Positions 51,576 through 60,990 are shown, counted from the stretch's first letter. The stretch is 64,000 nucleotides of DNA from Polyangiaceae bacterium (GCA_035499895.1 DATJXW010000083.1:10793-74792); one strand, 5' to 3'. Numbers and translations are program-made. Notes: a model not told the origin generated them from the sequence alone.

Positions 51576-51932
51576 TCAGCCCCCCGCGGCGACGGGTGTC
51601 CCTTGGTGAAAGACGATGCGCCACCCCGCGCCCTCGCGACGCCAAATCGAGCTTCGGAGTGATCCCGGCGTCTTGTACGTGGCGAGCGCCACGTCCGGCG
51701 ACAGCGCGAGCACGGCGAAGTCCGTGATCGTCACGGAGACGTTCGGCATCGCGAGCATTTGCGCGATCACCTCGGCCTTCCCGTAAACGCGCCCGGAGCT
51801 CCCGAACTCGACGAACTCGTCCGAAACGAGCCGCTCGAGCGCCTCGGCGGACGCTCGCACGGTAGCCGTCAAGAGCTGCCGTTCCCCGTCGCGGATTTCG
51901 TCGGTCAGCACGCGCTTTCCGAGACTCGACAT
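51576..51932 (-). CDS. SnoaL/DUF4440 (NTF2-like) protein
   Basis: LLTATVRASAEALERLVSDEFVEFGSSGRVYGKAEV...GWRIVFHQGT. Confidence 0.65.
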   Translation of the reverse strand: MSSLGKRVLTDEIRDGERQLLTATVRASAEALERLVSDEFVEFGSSGRVYGKAEVIAQMLAMPNVSVTITDFAVLALSPDVALATYKTPGSLRSSIWRREGAGWRIVFHQGTPVAAGG

Positions 51933-52363
51933 CGCCAGCCGCCGCCGGACTGCCGCTCACGAAACTCTTCTCGGTATTCGCTGCGAGCGTCGGGCCCGAG
52001 GAGCTCGCACGGGTCGAACCAGTGCGTGGTCGTCGCCCTGGCGAGCACCGCCGGAAGCTCGCCCGAAAACTCGGGATTATCCGGGCACCGCCAGTGCCAG
52101 AGAGCAAGTCGGTCCGGCGCGGTGGCGAAGTACAGCACCTCTTTGACGCCGCCGTTGCAGTTCGTCGCGACGACGAGCGTGCCTCCCGGGAGCTCGCCTT
52201 TCACGTCCGGAACGCGCACGACGAGATCGTGATGGAATTCTCCCTGCTGCCAGTGATTCACGAGCTCGTACCGGCCCCACCGTTCGCGCACCCGCTCGAG
52301 GAGTGCGGCGAGCAACAGCGTGCCGGCGAGCTCGGTGACGACCGCGTGCCGCGCTGGTTCCAC
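51905..52363 (-). CDS. Hypothetical protein
   Basis: Coding-like composition with no recognised family. It overlaps the downstream gene by 28 nt. Confidence 0.4.
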   Translation of the reverse strand: MEPARHAVVTELAGTLLLAALLERVRERWGRYELVNHWQQGEFHHDLVVRVPDVKGELPGGTLVVATNCNGGVKEVLYFATAPDRLALWHWRCPDNPEFSGELPAVLARATTTHWFDPCELLGPDARSEYREEFRERQSGGGWRCRVSESAC

Positions 52364-52607
52364 TCGTTCAGTCTATCTGCCGGCGGGCGCCGAGCAACTC
52401 AGTCGCGCGAGCGCGCGACCCCGACCCGACGTCAGAGCGCTCGCTTCCAGCGCGTTTCGCCCCCGAGCTCTTCCGTCGCGTCAACGACGTGCAGCGCACG
52501 GCGACGGCCCGACCGCTCGAAGTACTCGATATGTCGACGCCGAAACGACGGCGCGCCGTCATTCATGCGTCGTGAAGGCGTCGCATGTCCGGCGTAGCGT
52601 GCAGCGC

Positions 52608-53939
52608 ATGCGACGGTTCGGCGAGTTCACGCGGATCGCGTGCGTCGCCGCGGCCGTTTCGTTCGTGTCGGCCGTCTCGCCGCGCTTGCGCGCCGACACG
52701 GCGTTGAGTCTGCCGGCGCAAGTCGGCGAGAAAATTTTCGCCGATCGATCGCTCTCGGCGTCCGGGCAGCTTGCCTGCGCGACCTGTCACGACCCCGCGC
52801 ACGGTTACGCCTCGCCGAACGGCTTGGCCGTCCAGCTCGGCGGCCCGTCGATGTCGCTGCCGGGCACACGTGCGGTCCCGTCGCTCCGCTACAAGGAGTT
52901 CACGCCGCCGTACGCGGACGTCGCCGACAATCCGGACGGTGTGAGCAATCCGGGGCCGGGCGGCGGTTTCACCTGGGACGGCCGCGCGGCGACGCTCGCC
53001 GACCAAGCGCAGATACCCCTGCTCGCCCCGAACGAGATGGCCAACGTCTCCGAAGCCGACGTCGTGAACAAGCTTCAAAACGCCGCGTACGCGGATTTGT
53101 TTCGCGCCGCCTTCGGTAGTGACGTGTTCGGCTCGCCCTCGCTCGCGTTTCAATCCGCGCTCGACGCCCTCCAGGCTTATCAACTCGAGGACAGTGACTT
53201 TCACCCGTACTCGAGCAAGTTCGATTTGTATCTCGGCAACAAGATCGGGGGTGACCTCACGGACTCCGAGCGGCGCGGCGCGGGTGTGTTCGCCGATCCG
53301 AACAAGGGCAATTGCTTTGCGTGTCACTTCGCCGGACCGGGCGTGAACGGCAGTAGCGATCTCTTCACCGACTTCACCTATGCCGCGCTCGGCCTGCCGC
53401 GGAACCCGGAAATCCCAGCGAACGCGGCCCCGAGCTACAACGACCTCGGCATTTGCGGCCGGCCGGACCATCCGTTGCCGGACAGCGCGCAGTATTGCGG
53501 CTTGTTCAAGGTGCCGACGCTGCGCAACGTCGCCACTCGGAAGGTCTTCTTTCACAACGGCAAGCTGAAGTCGCTCCGCGACGTGCTGCGCTTTTACAAC
53601 ACGCGCGACACGAACCCCGAGCTCTGGTACCCGACCGTCAACGGAGTCGTCCAAAAGTTCGACGATTTGCCGCCGCAGTACCAAGCCAACATCGACACCC
53701 AGGCGCCGCTCGACGGCCGCCCCGCCGGCTCCGAGCCGCCGATGTCCGAACAAGACCTCGACGATTTGGAGGCGTTCCTCGAAACGCTGACGGACGCGGA
53801 TCTCGTGACTCAGCCGAGCCCGCCGCAAGCCGTGCCGGCGTTCGGAAACCGTGGTGCGCCGCTGCAAGTGTTCTTGCTCGCGCTCTTGTCGGCGGCGATT
53901 CTGAGCGTCGGTTGGCGTGGAGCAACCCCGGTGCGCTGA
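52608..53939 (+). CDS. Di-haem cytochrome c peroxidase (CCP/MauG family) with C-terminal hydrophobic tail
   Basis: Two CxxCH motifs (CATCHDP, CFACHFA) and FKVPTLRNV. Confidence 0.85.
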   Translation: MRRFGEFTRIACVAAAVSFVSAVSPRLRADTALSLPAQVGEKIFADRSLSASGQLACATCHDPAHGYASPNGLAVQLGGPSMSLPGTRAVPSLRYKEFTPPYADVADNPDGVSNPGPGGGFTWDGRAATLADQAQIPLLAPNEMANVSEADVVNKLQNAAYADLFRAAFGSDVFGSPSLAFQSALDALQAYQLEDSDFHPYSSKFDLYLGNKIGGDLTDSERRGAGVFADPNKGNCFACHFAGPGVNGSSDLFTDFTYAALGLPRNPEIPANAAPSYNDLGICGRPDHPLPDSAQYCGLFKVPTLRNVATRKVFFHNGKLKSLRDVLRFYNTRDTNPELWYPTVNGVVQKFDDLPPQYQANIDTQAPLDGRPAGSEPPMSEQDLDDLEAFLETLTDADLVTQPSPPQAVPAFGNRGAPLQVFLLALLSAAILSVGWRGATPVR

Positions 53940-53975
53940 GGCGAGCGTCACGAGGTTCGCGAGCAGCCACAGTAA

Positions 53976-54518
53976 TCAGTCTGGATAGAACTCGGTGCTG
54001 ACGACGACCTTGTCTCGAAAACAAACCTCTCCGAGGTCCGCGTTCCACGCGGGCTCGAAGGAATGATGATAGATGCGACAAAGGTCGGGTTCTCGTCCGC
54101 GGCGCGGGGCGAGCGGCCCGGCGAAGTACTGCCGCAAGCGTGCGTCCACGTCGGCGGCGCCCATGCCCGGACGAATTTGCTGAAAGTCGCCCAGGAATCG
54201 ATCGCGAGACGTCCACGGATAGCCGAGAACGCCGATGGTCGCCGCGACGAGCCCCGTCCCTAGAACGCCCGCAATGGTGCGAGGGAGCGACATCAGCGAC
54301 GCCCCGGTCAACGCCAGAGCGACGAGGGAGACGATGGTGCCGAAGAAATACCACCTCGAGATCGGCAAGCCGGCGGCCGTGAGCATGAAACGAATGAACA
54401 CGGCGAACAGGTCGACGCCGACGAAGGCGAGGCTTATCGCGATCAGCAGGCGTGGTGTGGTGCTCACGACTTTTTCGGCTCGTACCGCAGCGCTGCGGCA
54501 GCGGAATGGAGGCAGCAC
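53976..54518 (-). CDS. Hypothetical membrane protein
   Basis: It has 3-4 TM helices and a small soluble C-terminus. Confidence 0.5.
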   Translation of the reverse strand: MLPPFRCRSAAVRAEKVVSTTPRLLIAISLAFVGVDLFAVFIRFMLTAAGLPISRWYFFGTIVSLVALALTGASLMSLPRTIAGVLGTGLVAATIGVLGYPWTSRDRFLGDFQQIRPGMGAADVDARLRQYFAGPLAPRRGREPDLCRIYHHSFEPAWNADLGEVCFRDKVVVSTEFYPD

Positions 54519-54646
54519 CCGTCGAGCGTGGCGTTGATGGAGTCACGCGGGGGTCGCATGCCCGAAGAGTGCCGCCGTTCGCCGACGCCAGCAACGAGTG
54601 AGCAAGCGTCGAGGATGTGCGCCGCCACGCGCCGTGCGGAGCGCGC

Positions 54647-54946
54647 TCAGGGCCCGAAGCGCGCGACGACTTCACCCACCATGCGTTGGACGGGTCCGGC
54701 GAGAAGCGGACGCACGTTCTCCGCGAACCAGGGGCCAGCGAGTTTGCTCGAGACTTCGTCGAGTGCTTCGCGCGACTCGAAGAAGGAAAGCGACACCGTC
54801 TCGGTCTCGCTCAGCTGAACGAGCTGCGCACCGAGAAACCCGGGATAGAGTTCCTTGGCGCGCATGAACAACTCGCGTTCGACTTTGCGCAAGAGCTCCT
54901 GATCGAGCGGCTTCACGAGCGTGAACTTGGTGATGATCGTGTGCAT
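54647..54946 (-). CDS. ABM/Dabb-like (ferredoxin-fold) small protein
   Basis: MHTIITKFTLVKP...VSLSFFESREALDEV has the size and pattern of an antibiotic-biosynthesis-monooxygenase-like domain. Confidence 0.5.
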   Translation of the reverse strand: MHTIITKFTLVKPLDQELLRKVERELFMRAKELYPGFLGAQLVQLSETETVSLSFFESREALDEVSSKLAGPWFAENVRPLLAGPVQRMVGEVVARFGP

Positions 54947-55020
54947 GGTTGCTTGCCTTGCCTCCGAGTCGAACACGATTCTTGCAGCCGCTCGAGCGGC
55001 GCAGAGGGTCAGCGTCCCCG

Positions 55021-55902
55021 TCATTCGTCTTTGGTGAGTGTTACGTCGTCGATGATGTTGCTGTCGTCGTCGCTCGCGTCACCATTCAGGAACTCAATCG
55101 TCGTCAGGGCCGACGTGGCGGAAAAATGAAGGACGAAACGCTTCCACGCAAGCGTGTTCGTTCCCGTTCCGTCGGAGTTCGTCGTCGTCGCTATCTCGCT
55201 GTCGTCCACGAGAACGTGGACGACACTGGTGGTTCCATAGGGCGCAGCGACCACGTTCCCGGACCAGAACGACAACGTGTAGGACGCGTCCGGTGCCGTG
55301 GCTACGGACTGAGAAACCCCGGTCGCGGTGTTGCTCAGGCCCGTAAGGTCCAGCGTCTGGTTCCCGTCCTCGGGCGGCCAGGTGATGCCGTCGCTCACGT
55401 ATCCTCCGCTGAGCGGCGCAACATTCCCCGTCTCCCCCACCACCGTCCACCCCTCGAAGCTGCTGCCGGTCGCGAAGAGTTCGTATCCGCCTGCGGGAAC
55501 GACCGGGGATTCGAAGCTGCAGTTCACGAGCAAGGACCTTTGCTCGCAACCTCCCACCGACTCCCCGCCTGAACCGGCGTTGACCTCCTCGCCGCCCGCT
55601 CCCGTCGACGTGGCACCGCCGAAGCCGCTGGCCATGCCCCCCGCGCCCGACAACCCATTGCCGCCTGTGTTCTCGTCACCCGCGGCGCCCGAAGTGGCCG
55701 TCTCGGCGGCACCTCCCGCTCCTGAACCCGCCTGGACACCGACTTCGGTGCCCGCCATGCCTCCGCCCGAATGACCGCCGGCCGCAACGGCAACCCCGGC
55801 GGCGCCTCCACCAGCTGTCGAGTTCGTATCGTCCTTGCATGACCAAACCAGAAAGCCTGCAACGGTCGTCGTGACGAGGATAAGAACCCTCACATTTGCC
55901 AT
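55021..55902 (-). CDS. DUF642-domain secreted lipoprotein
   Basis: Signal/lipobox (LVWSC), Gly-rich linker, NCSFESPVV..GWTV..GNQTLDL..SQSV.T..ASYTLSF. Confidence 0.7.
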   Translation of the reverse strand: MANVRVLILVTTTVAGFLVWSCKDDTNSTAGGGAAGVAVAAGGHSGGGMAGTEVGVQAGSGAGGAAETATSGAAGDENTGGNGLSGAGGMASGFGGATSTGAGGEEVNAGSGGESVGGCEQRSLLVNCSFESPVVPAGGYELFATGSSFEGWTVVGETGNVAPLSGGYVSDGITWPPEDGNQTLDLTGLSNTATGVSQSVATAPDASYTLSFWSGNVVAAPYGTTSVVHVLVDDSEIATTTNSDGTGTNTLAWKRFVLHFSATSALTTIEFLNGDASDDDSNIIDDVTLTKDE

Positions 55903-56107
55903 GATAGAAGACTCCTGGGTAACGGCACGGGAACGGGTGACGAAGGATACGAGCGACTCTCGAGCGACCTTCCTACGGTAACCGCGCGACGTGACGGCCG
56001 CGTTTCGGACTCACGGCCGTCGCTGATCGCGGTTAAACCGGCGCGAAGCGCAGTGCCCGCAGCGCGGCGAATTGTCGACGTCGAACGTCCGTCCTACGCT
56101 CGTCGTC

Positions 56108-56638
56108 ATGATGAGCCCCGAATGGCTGCGCGCCTCTGCTCGTTACAATCGGTGGATGAACGACAAGCTCTACGGGCTTGCCGCCACGCTCGGCGACGAA
56201 GCGCGCAAGCGCGATGTCGGCGCGTTCTTCAAGTCGATTCACGGCACGTTCAACCACCTTCTGCTCGCCGACCGGGTGTGGCTCGCCCGTTTCGACGGCG
56301 TCGTCAGCCCGCCCGGCTGCCTCGCTCCAGGGGGCATCCGCTCACTCGACCAAGAGCTCTTCGCCGACTTCGAGGATCTCCGCCGCGAGCGAACGCTCAC
56401 GGACGACGCGCTCACGAAGTTCGTGTCCGCGCTCACGCCCGAACGTCTCGCCGCGCCACTCGTGTACGACCGCTTCGGCGAAAAGCACGAATGTCCGTGC
56501 TGGTGGGCGATTGCTCACCTCTTCAACCATCAAACGCATCATCGTGGTCAGATCACGACGCTCTTGACGCAACGAGGTCACGACCCGGGCGTCACGGATT
56601 TGTTCGCGATGTTGCGGCTCGAGGCGACGCCGGCTTGA
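56108..56638 (+). CDS. DinB-family protein
   Basis: YNRWMNDKL, HGTFNHLLLADRVWL, HLFNHQTHHRGQITTLL. Confidence 0.8.
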   Translation: MMSPEWLRASARYNRWMNDKLYGLAATLGDEARKRDVGAFFKSIHGTFNHLLLADRVWLARFDGVVSPPGCLAPGGIRSLDQELFADFEDLRRERTLTDDALTKFVSALTPERLAAPLVYDRFGEKHECPCWWAIAHLFNHQTHHRGQITTLLTQRGHDPGVTDLFAMLRLEATPA

Positions 56639-56682
56639 ATTTCGTCGAGGCGCGAGCCGCGCGAACGCCGTGATGGTCCGAG

Positions 56683-57126
56683 TCATGGCGGGTCCAGCTG
56701 GTCGCGCGGCTCCTTGCCGTCGGAGAAGGGATGAAGGAGCAAGAGCTCGAGCATCTGCGCTCGGCGACGGGTCGACCAATTCGGATCGAGCAGAGCGAGG
56801 AGCTCGAGTTGTCTGGCAAAGATCGCACGCCGACAATCCTCACCGTCGATGCGGTTCCGAACCTCGAAGCTGCACGCCATACTGAACGTCACGGCCGTGA
56901 AAATCCGCTCCAGGAGTGCGTCCTCATCGACGAAGGCGTCGCGCACGAGCTCCTGCCCGCGCTCGACCACGACGTAGTACGGCAATTCACCGACGACCTC
57001 GATGTGCGGACGCGCCCCGTCTTCCGTCGAACCGAAGGTCGGCAGATCCGCGTCAGGGGCGTGAACGACGGCAGCGAGCTGCTTCACCCGTTTCTGAATG
57101 CGCCGAAGCGTGCTGTCGTTCGCCAT
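56683..57126 (-). CDS. Hypothetical protein (immunity-protein-like, last ORF of the cassette region)
   Basis: Coding-like and 147 aa, 3 nt downstream of the small ORF 57130..57330. No family was firmly recognised. Confidence 0.5.
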   Translation of the reverse strand: MANDSTLRRIQKRVKQLAAVVHAPDADLPTFGSTEDGARPHIEVVGELPYYVVVERGQELVRDAFVDEDALLERIFTAVTFSMACSFEVRNRIDGEDCRRAIFARQLELLALLDPNWSTRRRAQMLELLLLHPFSDGKEPRDQLDPP

Positions 57127-57129
57127 GGC

Positions 57130-57330
57130 TCAGTCCGCTGAGTCCTCCAGCCACACGCCGCCGATTTGGAGATCACCCGCGAACGCGCACGCGTTCAACA
57201 TCGCAATGTCGTCTTCCGACACGGCATTGGCACGCATGAAGGCGACGCACTCCGCCGGCAGCGTCTCACGTGGGGTACCCGCCGCTGCCAACGCCGAGCC
57301 GAGCATCGAGATGCGATCAGTGACGGTCAT
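57130..57330 (-). CDS. Small hypothetical protein (66 aa)
   Basis: MTVTDRISMLGSALAAAGTPRE... It is tightly coupled to the downstream ORF. Confidence 0.35.
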   Translation of the reverse strand: MTVTDRISMLGSALAAAGTPRETLPAECVAFMRANAVSEDDIAMLNACAFAGDLQIGGVWLEDSAD

Positions 57331-57439
57331 CGAAAGCTCCAACCAATGTACCCCAAACCGGCCGAGGCTTTCAGACTCGCTCGACCACCCCGAGGAGCGC
57401 AAGAGAAACGCGCGCTGCCGGAAATTGCCGGCTCATCCT

Positions 57440-57943
57440 TCACGACGCACTCCGATACCGGACGACGCGGATCTCTCCGTCAAACGAGAGGGCGTCCAGA
57501 ACTCCCAGCATCAGCCGCAGGGATCCGTCCGCTCCAATCCCGCCGGTACCCGCACCAATGAGCGGGAGAGCGAGCGAGCGAAAGCCTGCCTGGGCGGCGA
57601 CTCGTACCGCGCTCCGAACGGACTCCTGAATCGACCGAGGAGACGCGCGCCACAGCAGATTGATTCCCGCGACGTGAATGATCGCACGAAAGGGGAGCCG
57701 CCCCGCGCTTGTCACTACTGCGGCGCCAAGCGGGAGGACGCCGAAGGCGCGAAGCTCTCTGAACGGGGCGAGTCCGGCACGCTGCTTGATTGCGCCCGAC
57801 ACCCCCTGGGGCAGCAGGAGCCACCACGGAAATAGGTTCCGGTTCCAGGGGTTCACGACCGCCTCGACATCCTGGTCGAGCAAATCACCTTCAATCACAT
57901 GGAGCTGCACGGCCGATCGAAACGCCGACGAAGCCCCGCACAT
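57440..57943 (-). CDS. Macro-domain protein (ADP-ribose binding/hydrolase)
   Basis: VIEGDLLDQDVEAVVNPWN, GVSGAIKQRAG, GAAVVTSAG, IIHVAG, ALPLIGAGTGG. Confidence 0.75.
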   Translation of the reverse strand: MCGASSAFRSAVQLHVIEGDLLDQDVEAVVNPWNRNLFPWWLLLPQGVSGAIKQRAGLAPFRELRAFGVLPLGAAVVTSAGRLPFRAIIHVAGINLLWRASPRSIQESVRSAVRVAAQAGFRSLALPLIGAGTGGIGADGSLRLMLGVLDALSFDGEIRVVRYRSAS

Positions 57944-57958
57944 TCCGATGTTCGTTGT

Positions 57959-57999
57959 GTACCCGATTTCAGCGCGTCAGCGGCGAACCGGTGTTAGCC
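57959..57999 (-). repeat. attC-like site B (left box degenerate)
   Basis: GTACCCGATTTCAGCGCG TCAGC GGCGAACCGGT GTTAGCC. The stop TAA of 57994..58635 lies inside the box. Confidence 0.55.
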
Positions 58000-58635
58000 G
58001 GTCAACGCTCGGAGCCGCTCGAGCAATGCAGGGTCAGCTCGGACCAGGCCGACCGTCGGGTGTCGACTGAGACCGGAGTGCCGTTCCGCAGCGGCTTGCA
58101 GGGCGATGGCCGCGTGAGTCTTGGCTCTGTCGGCGTCACCGCGCGACCACGCGATCAGACTCCGGGCCGCGGCCACTTCGAAACGATCGGCGGTGAACGT
58201 GGCTTGGGACTCGGCCGACTCGAGAACGGAGAGTGCCTCCACGAAAGCGCCCTGCAAATTCCGCCGGGCAACGAAGAGCGGAAATTCAAAGCCAACGCGC
58301 GTTCTGACGTTTTGCGTCTCCCGTTCAGCCGCGAGAGCAGCACGGTAAGCCTCGAGTGACCCGGCAACGTCGTCCAGTGCATCACAGCTCTGCGCACGTT
58401 GAAGAAGCGCTTGGGCGCGGTGGATGGGTGCATCGTAGTTTTCAAGCAGTTCAGCGAGGAGAGCGAGGGCGGCGCCATGCTCTCCGGCCTCAGCCAAGTG
58501 CGCCGCCTGAATCCGGAGGTACTGCGCCCGCGACGCCGGGCGGCTGCGCGCGAGCCGTTTTTCAAAGTCCACGCGGTCCGCCTCGGTCCAGCTGGTCTTG
58601 CGAAACCACTCGGCCATATCAGGTCTCGCTAGCAT
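57994..58635 (-). CDS. TPR-like helical repeat protein (cassette ORF)
   Basis: All-helical with Ala/Leu-rich TPR-like pairs. Coding-like. Confidence 0.55.
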   Translation of the reverse strand: MLARPDMAEWFRKTSWTEADRVDFEKRLARSRPASRAQYLRIQAAHLAEAGEHGAALALLAELLENYDAPIHRAQALLQRAQSCDALDDVAGSLEAYRAALAAERETQNVRTRVGFEFPLFVARRNLQGAFVEALSVLESAESQATFTADRFEVAAARSLIAWSRGDADRAKTHAAIALQAAAERHSGLSRHPTVGLVRADPALLERLRALTG

Positions 58636-58725
58636 CTGTCGTCGAGCGAGTCGACGACGAATCGGACGAATGCCGTCTCAGCGGGTCTCGAAACCGGCGG
58701 ATGATGACGATTCGGCTATCCGTAC

Positions 58726-58782
58726 GCCTAACTTACCAGGTTTCAGTTGCGCCGAAGGAGCAGAAGCGACACCGGCTTAATG
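58726..58782 (-). repeat. attC-like site A (partly decayed)
   Basis: GCCTAAC TTA CCAGGTTTCAGTTGCGCCG...CAGAAGCGACACCGG CTTAATG. Its core is related to site G. Confidence 0.55.
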
Positions 58783-59394
58783 CTCGTTCGAGCGATCGCC
58801 CGCGACCGTCAGGGTATCGAACAAGCGAACAATAGCGTTGAAGGCCGCCTTGACGGCGTCGCCGGCCTCTCCCGGAAGCGACGAGCGCCCAAAGCAGCGT
58901 TGCTCTTGGATCAGTTCCCCCTCGAAGGTCACGAGTGGAGCGTCTGAGGCCAGCACATCGCGAAGCTTCCGCGCTTGACGGAGATGCAGGCGATAAAGGT
59001 CGGATGCCACGGAGTTAGTCTCGTCCGACGCACTCGAACCGAGCTTGAGGTAGTATTCCTCGAGCGCGTCGTGCAGCCGTGCGCGTATGGCCGACTCCCG
59101 CAAATCAACCAAACGCTCGACGCGCCCGTGCGCGACGACGCGCGAACCCTCGCGAATCTCGAAGTCCAGCCCAGGAACGACCTTCCCGAGGTGCTCGGCC
59201 GGCGACAGGAAGTGCAGGAAGGCACGCACGCGCTGCCCGGGAAGAACGCGCTCATCGTCGGGGTACTCATGCATGGCATCCCAGTCACCGTTTGCGTAGT
59301 GAACCTGGGCCCGGTAACCAGTCCAGACCGGAGTGCTGCGCCCGCCCTCGCTGGTCGGCACGAATTGGAGGAAGACCTCAATGTCGCGACGCAT
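58777..59394 (-). CDS. Stand-alone EF-Tu domain-III homologue fused to a helical C-terminal domain (cassette ORF)
   Basis: SEGGRSTPVWTGYRAQVHY...LPGQRV...GLDFEIREGSRVVAHGRV aligns by eye with EF-Tu DEGGRHTPFFKGYRPQFYF...MPGDN...GLRFAIREGGRTVGAGVV. Confidence 0.65.
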   Translation of the reverse strand: MRRDIEVFLQFVPTSEGGRSTPVWTGYRAQVHYANGDWDAMHEYPDDERVLPGQRVRAFLHFLSPAEHLGKVVPGLDFEIREGSRVVAHGRVERLVDLRESAIRARLHDALEEYYLKLGSSASDETNSVASDLYRLHLRQARKLRDVLASDAPLVTFEGELIQEQRCFGRSSLPGEAGDAVKAAFNAIVRLFDTLTVAGDRSNEH

Positions 59395-59404
59395 CTGCAA
59401 GTTT

Positions 59405-59457
59405 GGCTAACGTACCAGGTTTCAGCTGCGCCGCGTCTGCTGCAAACCGGATTTGCG
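59405..59457 (-). repeat. attC-like site D (short form)
   Basis: GGCTAAC GTA CCAGGTTTCAGC TGCGCCGCGTCT GCTGCAAACCGG ATTTGCG. Confidence 0.7.
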
Positions 59458-59476
59458 TGGCGGCGGCCTGTGACAT

Positions 59477-59851
59477 TCATCGTTCTGTTCGCCGAGCACG
59501 ACCTCTTAGCAGCCGAAGCAGAAGCTGCGGGCAAAGAAACCACAGCATCGCGTTCCCCAGATACGCGGGACCCGTCAGCGGACCGACAAAATCCTCCCAG
59601 CGACCATTGTGCTTTTCGAACGCTGCAGCCGTGAAGGGAAGTCCGACGATGCGCAGGTCATCGGCAAGGGGATAGATGACGAAGAATGAAACGGTCGCGA
59701 GGACTATGCTCGCCCCTAGGCAGGCTGACCGTTCCCACGGAGTTCGGTAGCTCCGACGAGAGTCTCGTCGATTTCGGATAAGAGCACGCGCTCCCGCCCA
59801 GAGTCCGATGAACCCCGAGACATTGAACACGAGCAGGACGAGGCTGGCCAA
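59477..59851 (-). CDS. Hypothetical membrane protein (cassette ORF, TTG start uncertain)
   Basis: It has 3 predicted TM segments. The start codon is uncertain. Confidence 0.4.
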   Translation of the reverse strand: MASLVLLVFNVSGFIGLWAGARALIRNRRDSRRSYRTPWERSACLGASIVLATVSFFVIYPLADDLRIVGLPFTAAAFEKHNGRWEDFVGPLTGPAYLGNAMLWFLCPQLLLRLLRGRARRTER

Positions 59852-60101
59852 TCCACCGAATAATACGCCGAGCTCAGACGGAGATTAGCGGATCAGCGCG
59901 CCAGCTACCAGCACCGATTCGCGCGAAACGCGGTCGTCAACGCCAGGTACTCCTCGCGGGTATCGCCAGGGCAACCGTGGGCGCAACCGCCTCTAATCGG
60001 AAGCGGTCCGCCGGTAGCAGGACGAGCGCGCGACACCGGACGATCGCATGCGGACAACAGAACACGGGTCCATCTGCCCAACCGTCCGTCGCTCATGCGT
60101 T

Positions 60102-60174
60102 TGGCAACGTACCATGGCTAAGCTGCGCGGGTCGAGCGTAGCGAGACACCCGTCCGTTCAGCCCGGAGTTAGGC
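60102..60174 (-). repeat. attC-like site E (divergent core, canonical right box)
   Basis: TGGCAAC GTA CCATGGCTAAGC...GTTCAGCCCGG A GTTAGGC. It has the same bulged-stem geometry with a different core sequence. Confidence 0.7.
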
Positions 60175-60184
60175 AGACGACGCC

Positions 60185-60616
60185 TCAGAAAGTGTCGAAG
60201 GCTACGACGACATCCGACCGACGAGCTCCGGACCACCGTCGCGCCAGGGCTGCGTACTTGAGCACCGCCGATCGCGGGCCGTTCCAACGAACTTCCAGGA
60301 CCGGGTCACCGCCGGGACCAGGTGGTGCGCGCCCGTGATCATCGTCAACCGAGCACAGGTTGCCCGGGCCGTCTGGAGTCGGTGCGTCGAGCGGCACTAT
60401 CGATGCTTGCGTCGCGAAGGGTGTGGTCGCTCCGCAGTCGCGCTCGAACACCACGATTTTGAACGGCCGGTCCGGCGAGGGGTATTCCTGAATGAGCTGA
60501 TTGGCACAAAGATCCGCAACCAACGCGCGCTCGCCGATTGCCGCGACGGCGGCCAAGGATGCGAGCGCGGCCAACCCGCTGGCTGTTACCTTGAGCCGCA
60601 ACGTCCAGTAGGTCAT
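60185..60616 (-). CDS. Hypothetical TM-anchored/secreted protein (cassette ORF)
   Basis: MTYWTLRLKVTASGLAALASLAAVAAIG... ATGA overlap with the upstream ORF. Confidence 0.45.
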   Translation of the reverse strand: MTYWTLRLKVTASGLAALASLAAVAAIGERALVADLCANQLIQEYPSPDRPFKIVVFERDCGATTPFATQASIVPLDAPTPDGPGNLCSVDDDHGRAPPGPGGDPVLEVRWNGPRSAVLKYAALARRWSGARRSDVVVAFDTF

Positions 60617-60990
60617 GGGAGAAGCTTGCGATCCGGAGGCATGGCTGGTGGATCGAACCGATCGAAGCGTGCTCTTAGAAAATATGTAACTGGCGATAGA
60701 CAAAGACCGAAGGCGAGTAGGGCGATCCAAACCAAAGTCACGCCCATTGCTGGGATCGTCGGGACGTCCCCATCAGTGACCACCTGGAAGCCAAACCGGT
60801 ATTGGGTTTCAATCAGCGCGCTAAATAGAACGAACGCAGTGGCGAAGACGGTCGGAATCGAAAGGATGGCAGCGACTGGCACGCCGCAGGCAACCAAAGT
60901 GAATCGATCCATGGGTTTTGTTCTCGAAGGGTAAGAGATCGGACCGCAGGGCAGTGTGAAGATTTCATGGAGAAACCGCGCATAAAACAT
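60613..60990 (-). CDS. Hypothetical membrane protein (cassette ORF)
   Basis: It has TM helices. The ATG at 60990 lies 15 nt after the box of site G, whereas the longer track ORF reads through the repeat. Confidence 0.45.
   Translation of the reverse strand: MFYARFLHEIFTLPCGPISYPSRTKPMDRFTLVACGVPVAAILSIPTVFATAFVLFSALIETQYRFGFQVVTDGDVPTIPAMGVTLVWIALLAFGLCLSPVTYFLRARFDRFDPPAMPPDRKLLP

Noticed and set aside
57343-57431. Possible additional attC-like site between the small ORF and the macro-domain gene (..CAACCAATGTACC...GGCTTTCAG...GCTGCCGGAAATTGCCG)
   Set aside because: Only fragments of the consensus are present (AATGTACC, TTTCAG, CCGGAAATTGCC) and I see no convincing stem. It is kept as a possible decayed site, not called as a feature.
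59855-59890. Possible truncated attC-like site (AATAATACGCCGAGCTCAGACGGAGATTAGCGG) and the 63-aa ORF 59905..60096(-)
   Set aside because: The site is too short and too divergent. The ORF translation (Arg/Gly/Cys-rich) is not convincingly protein-like. This is probably a decayed or empty cassette.
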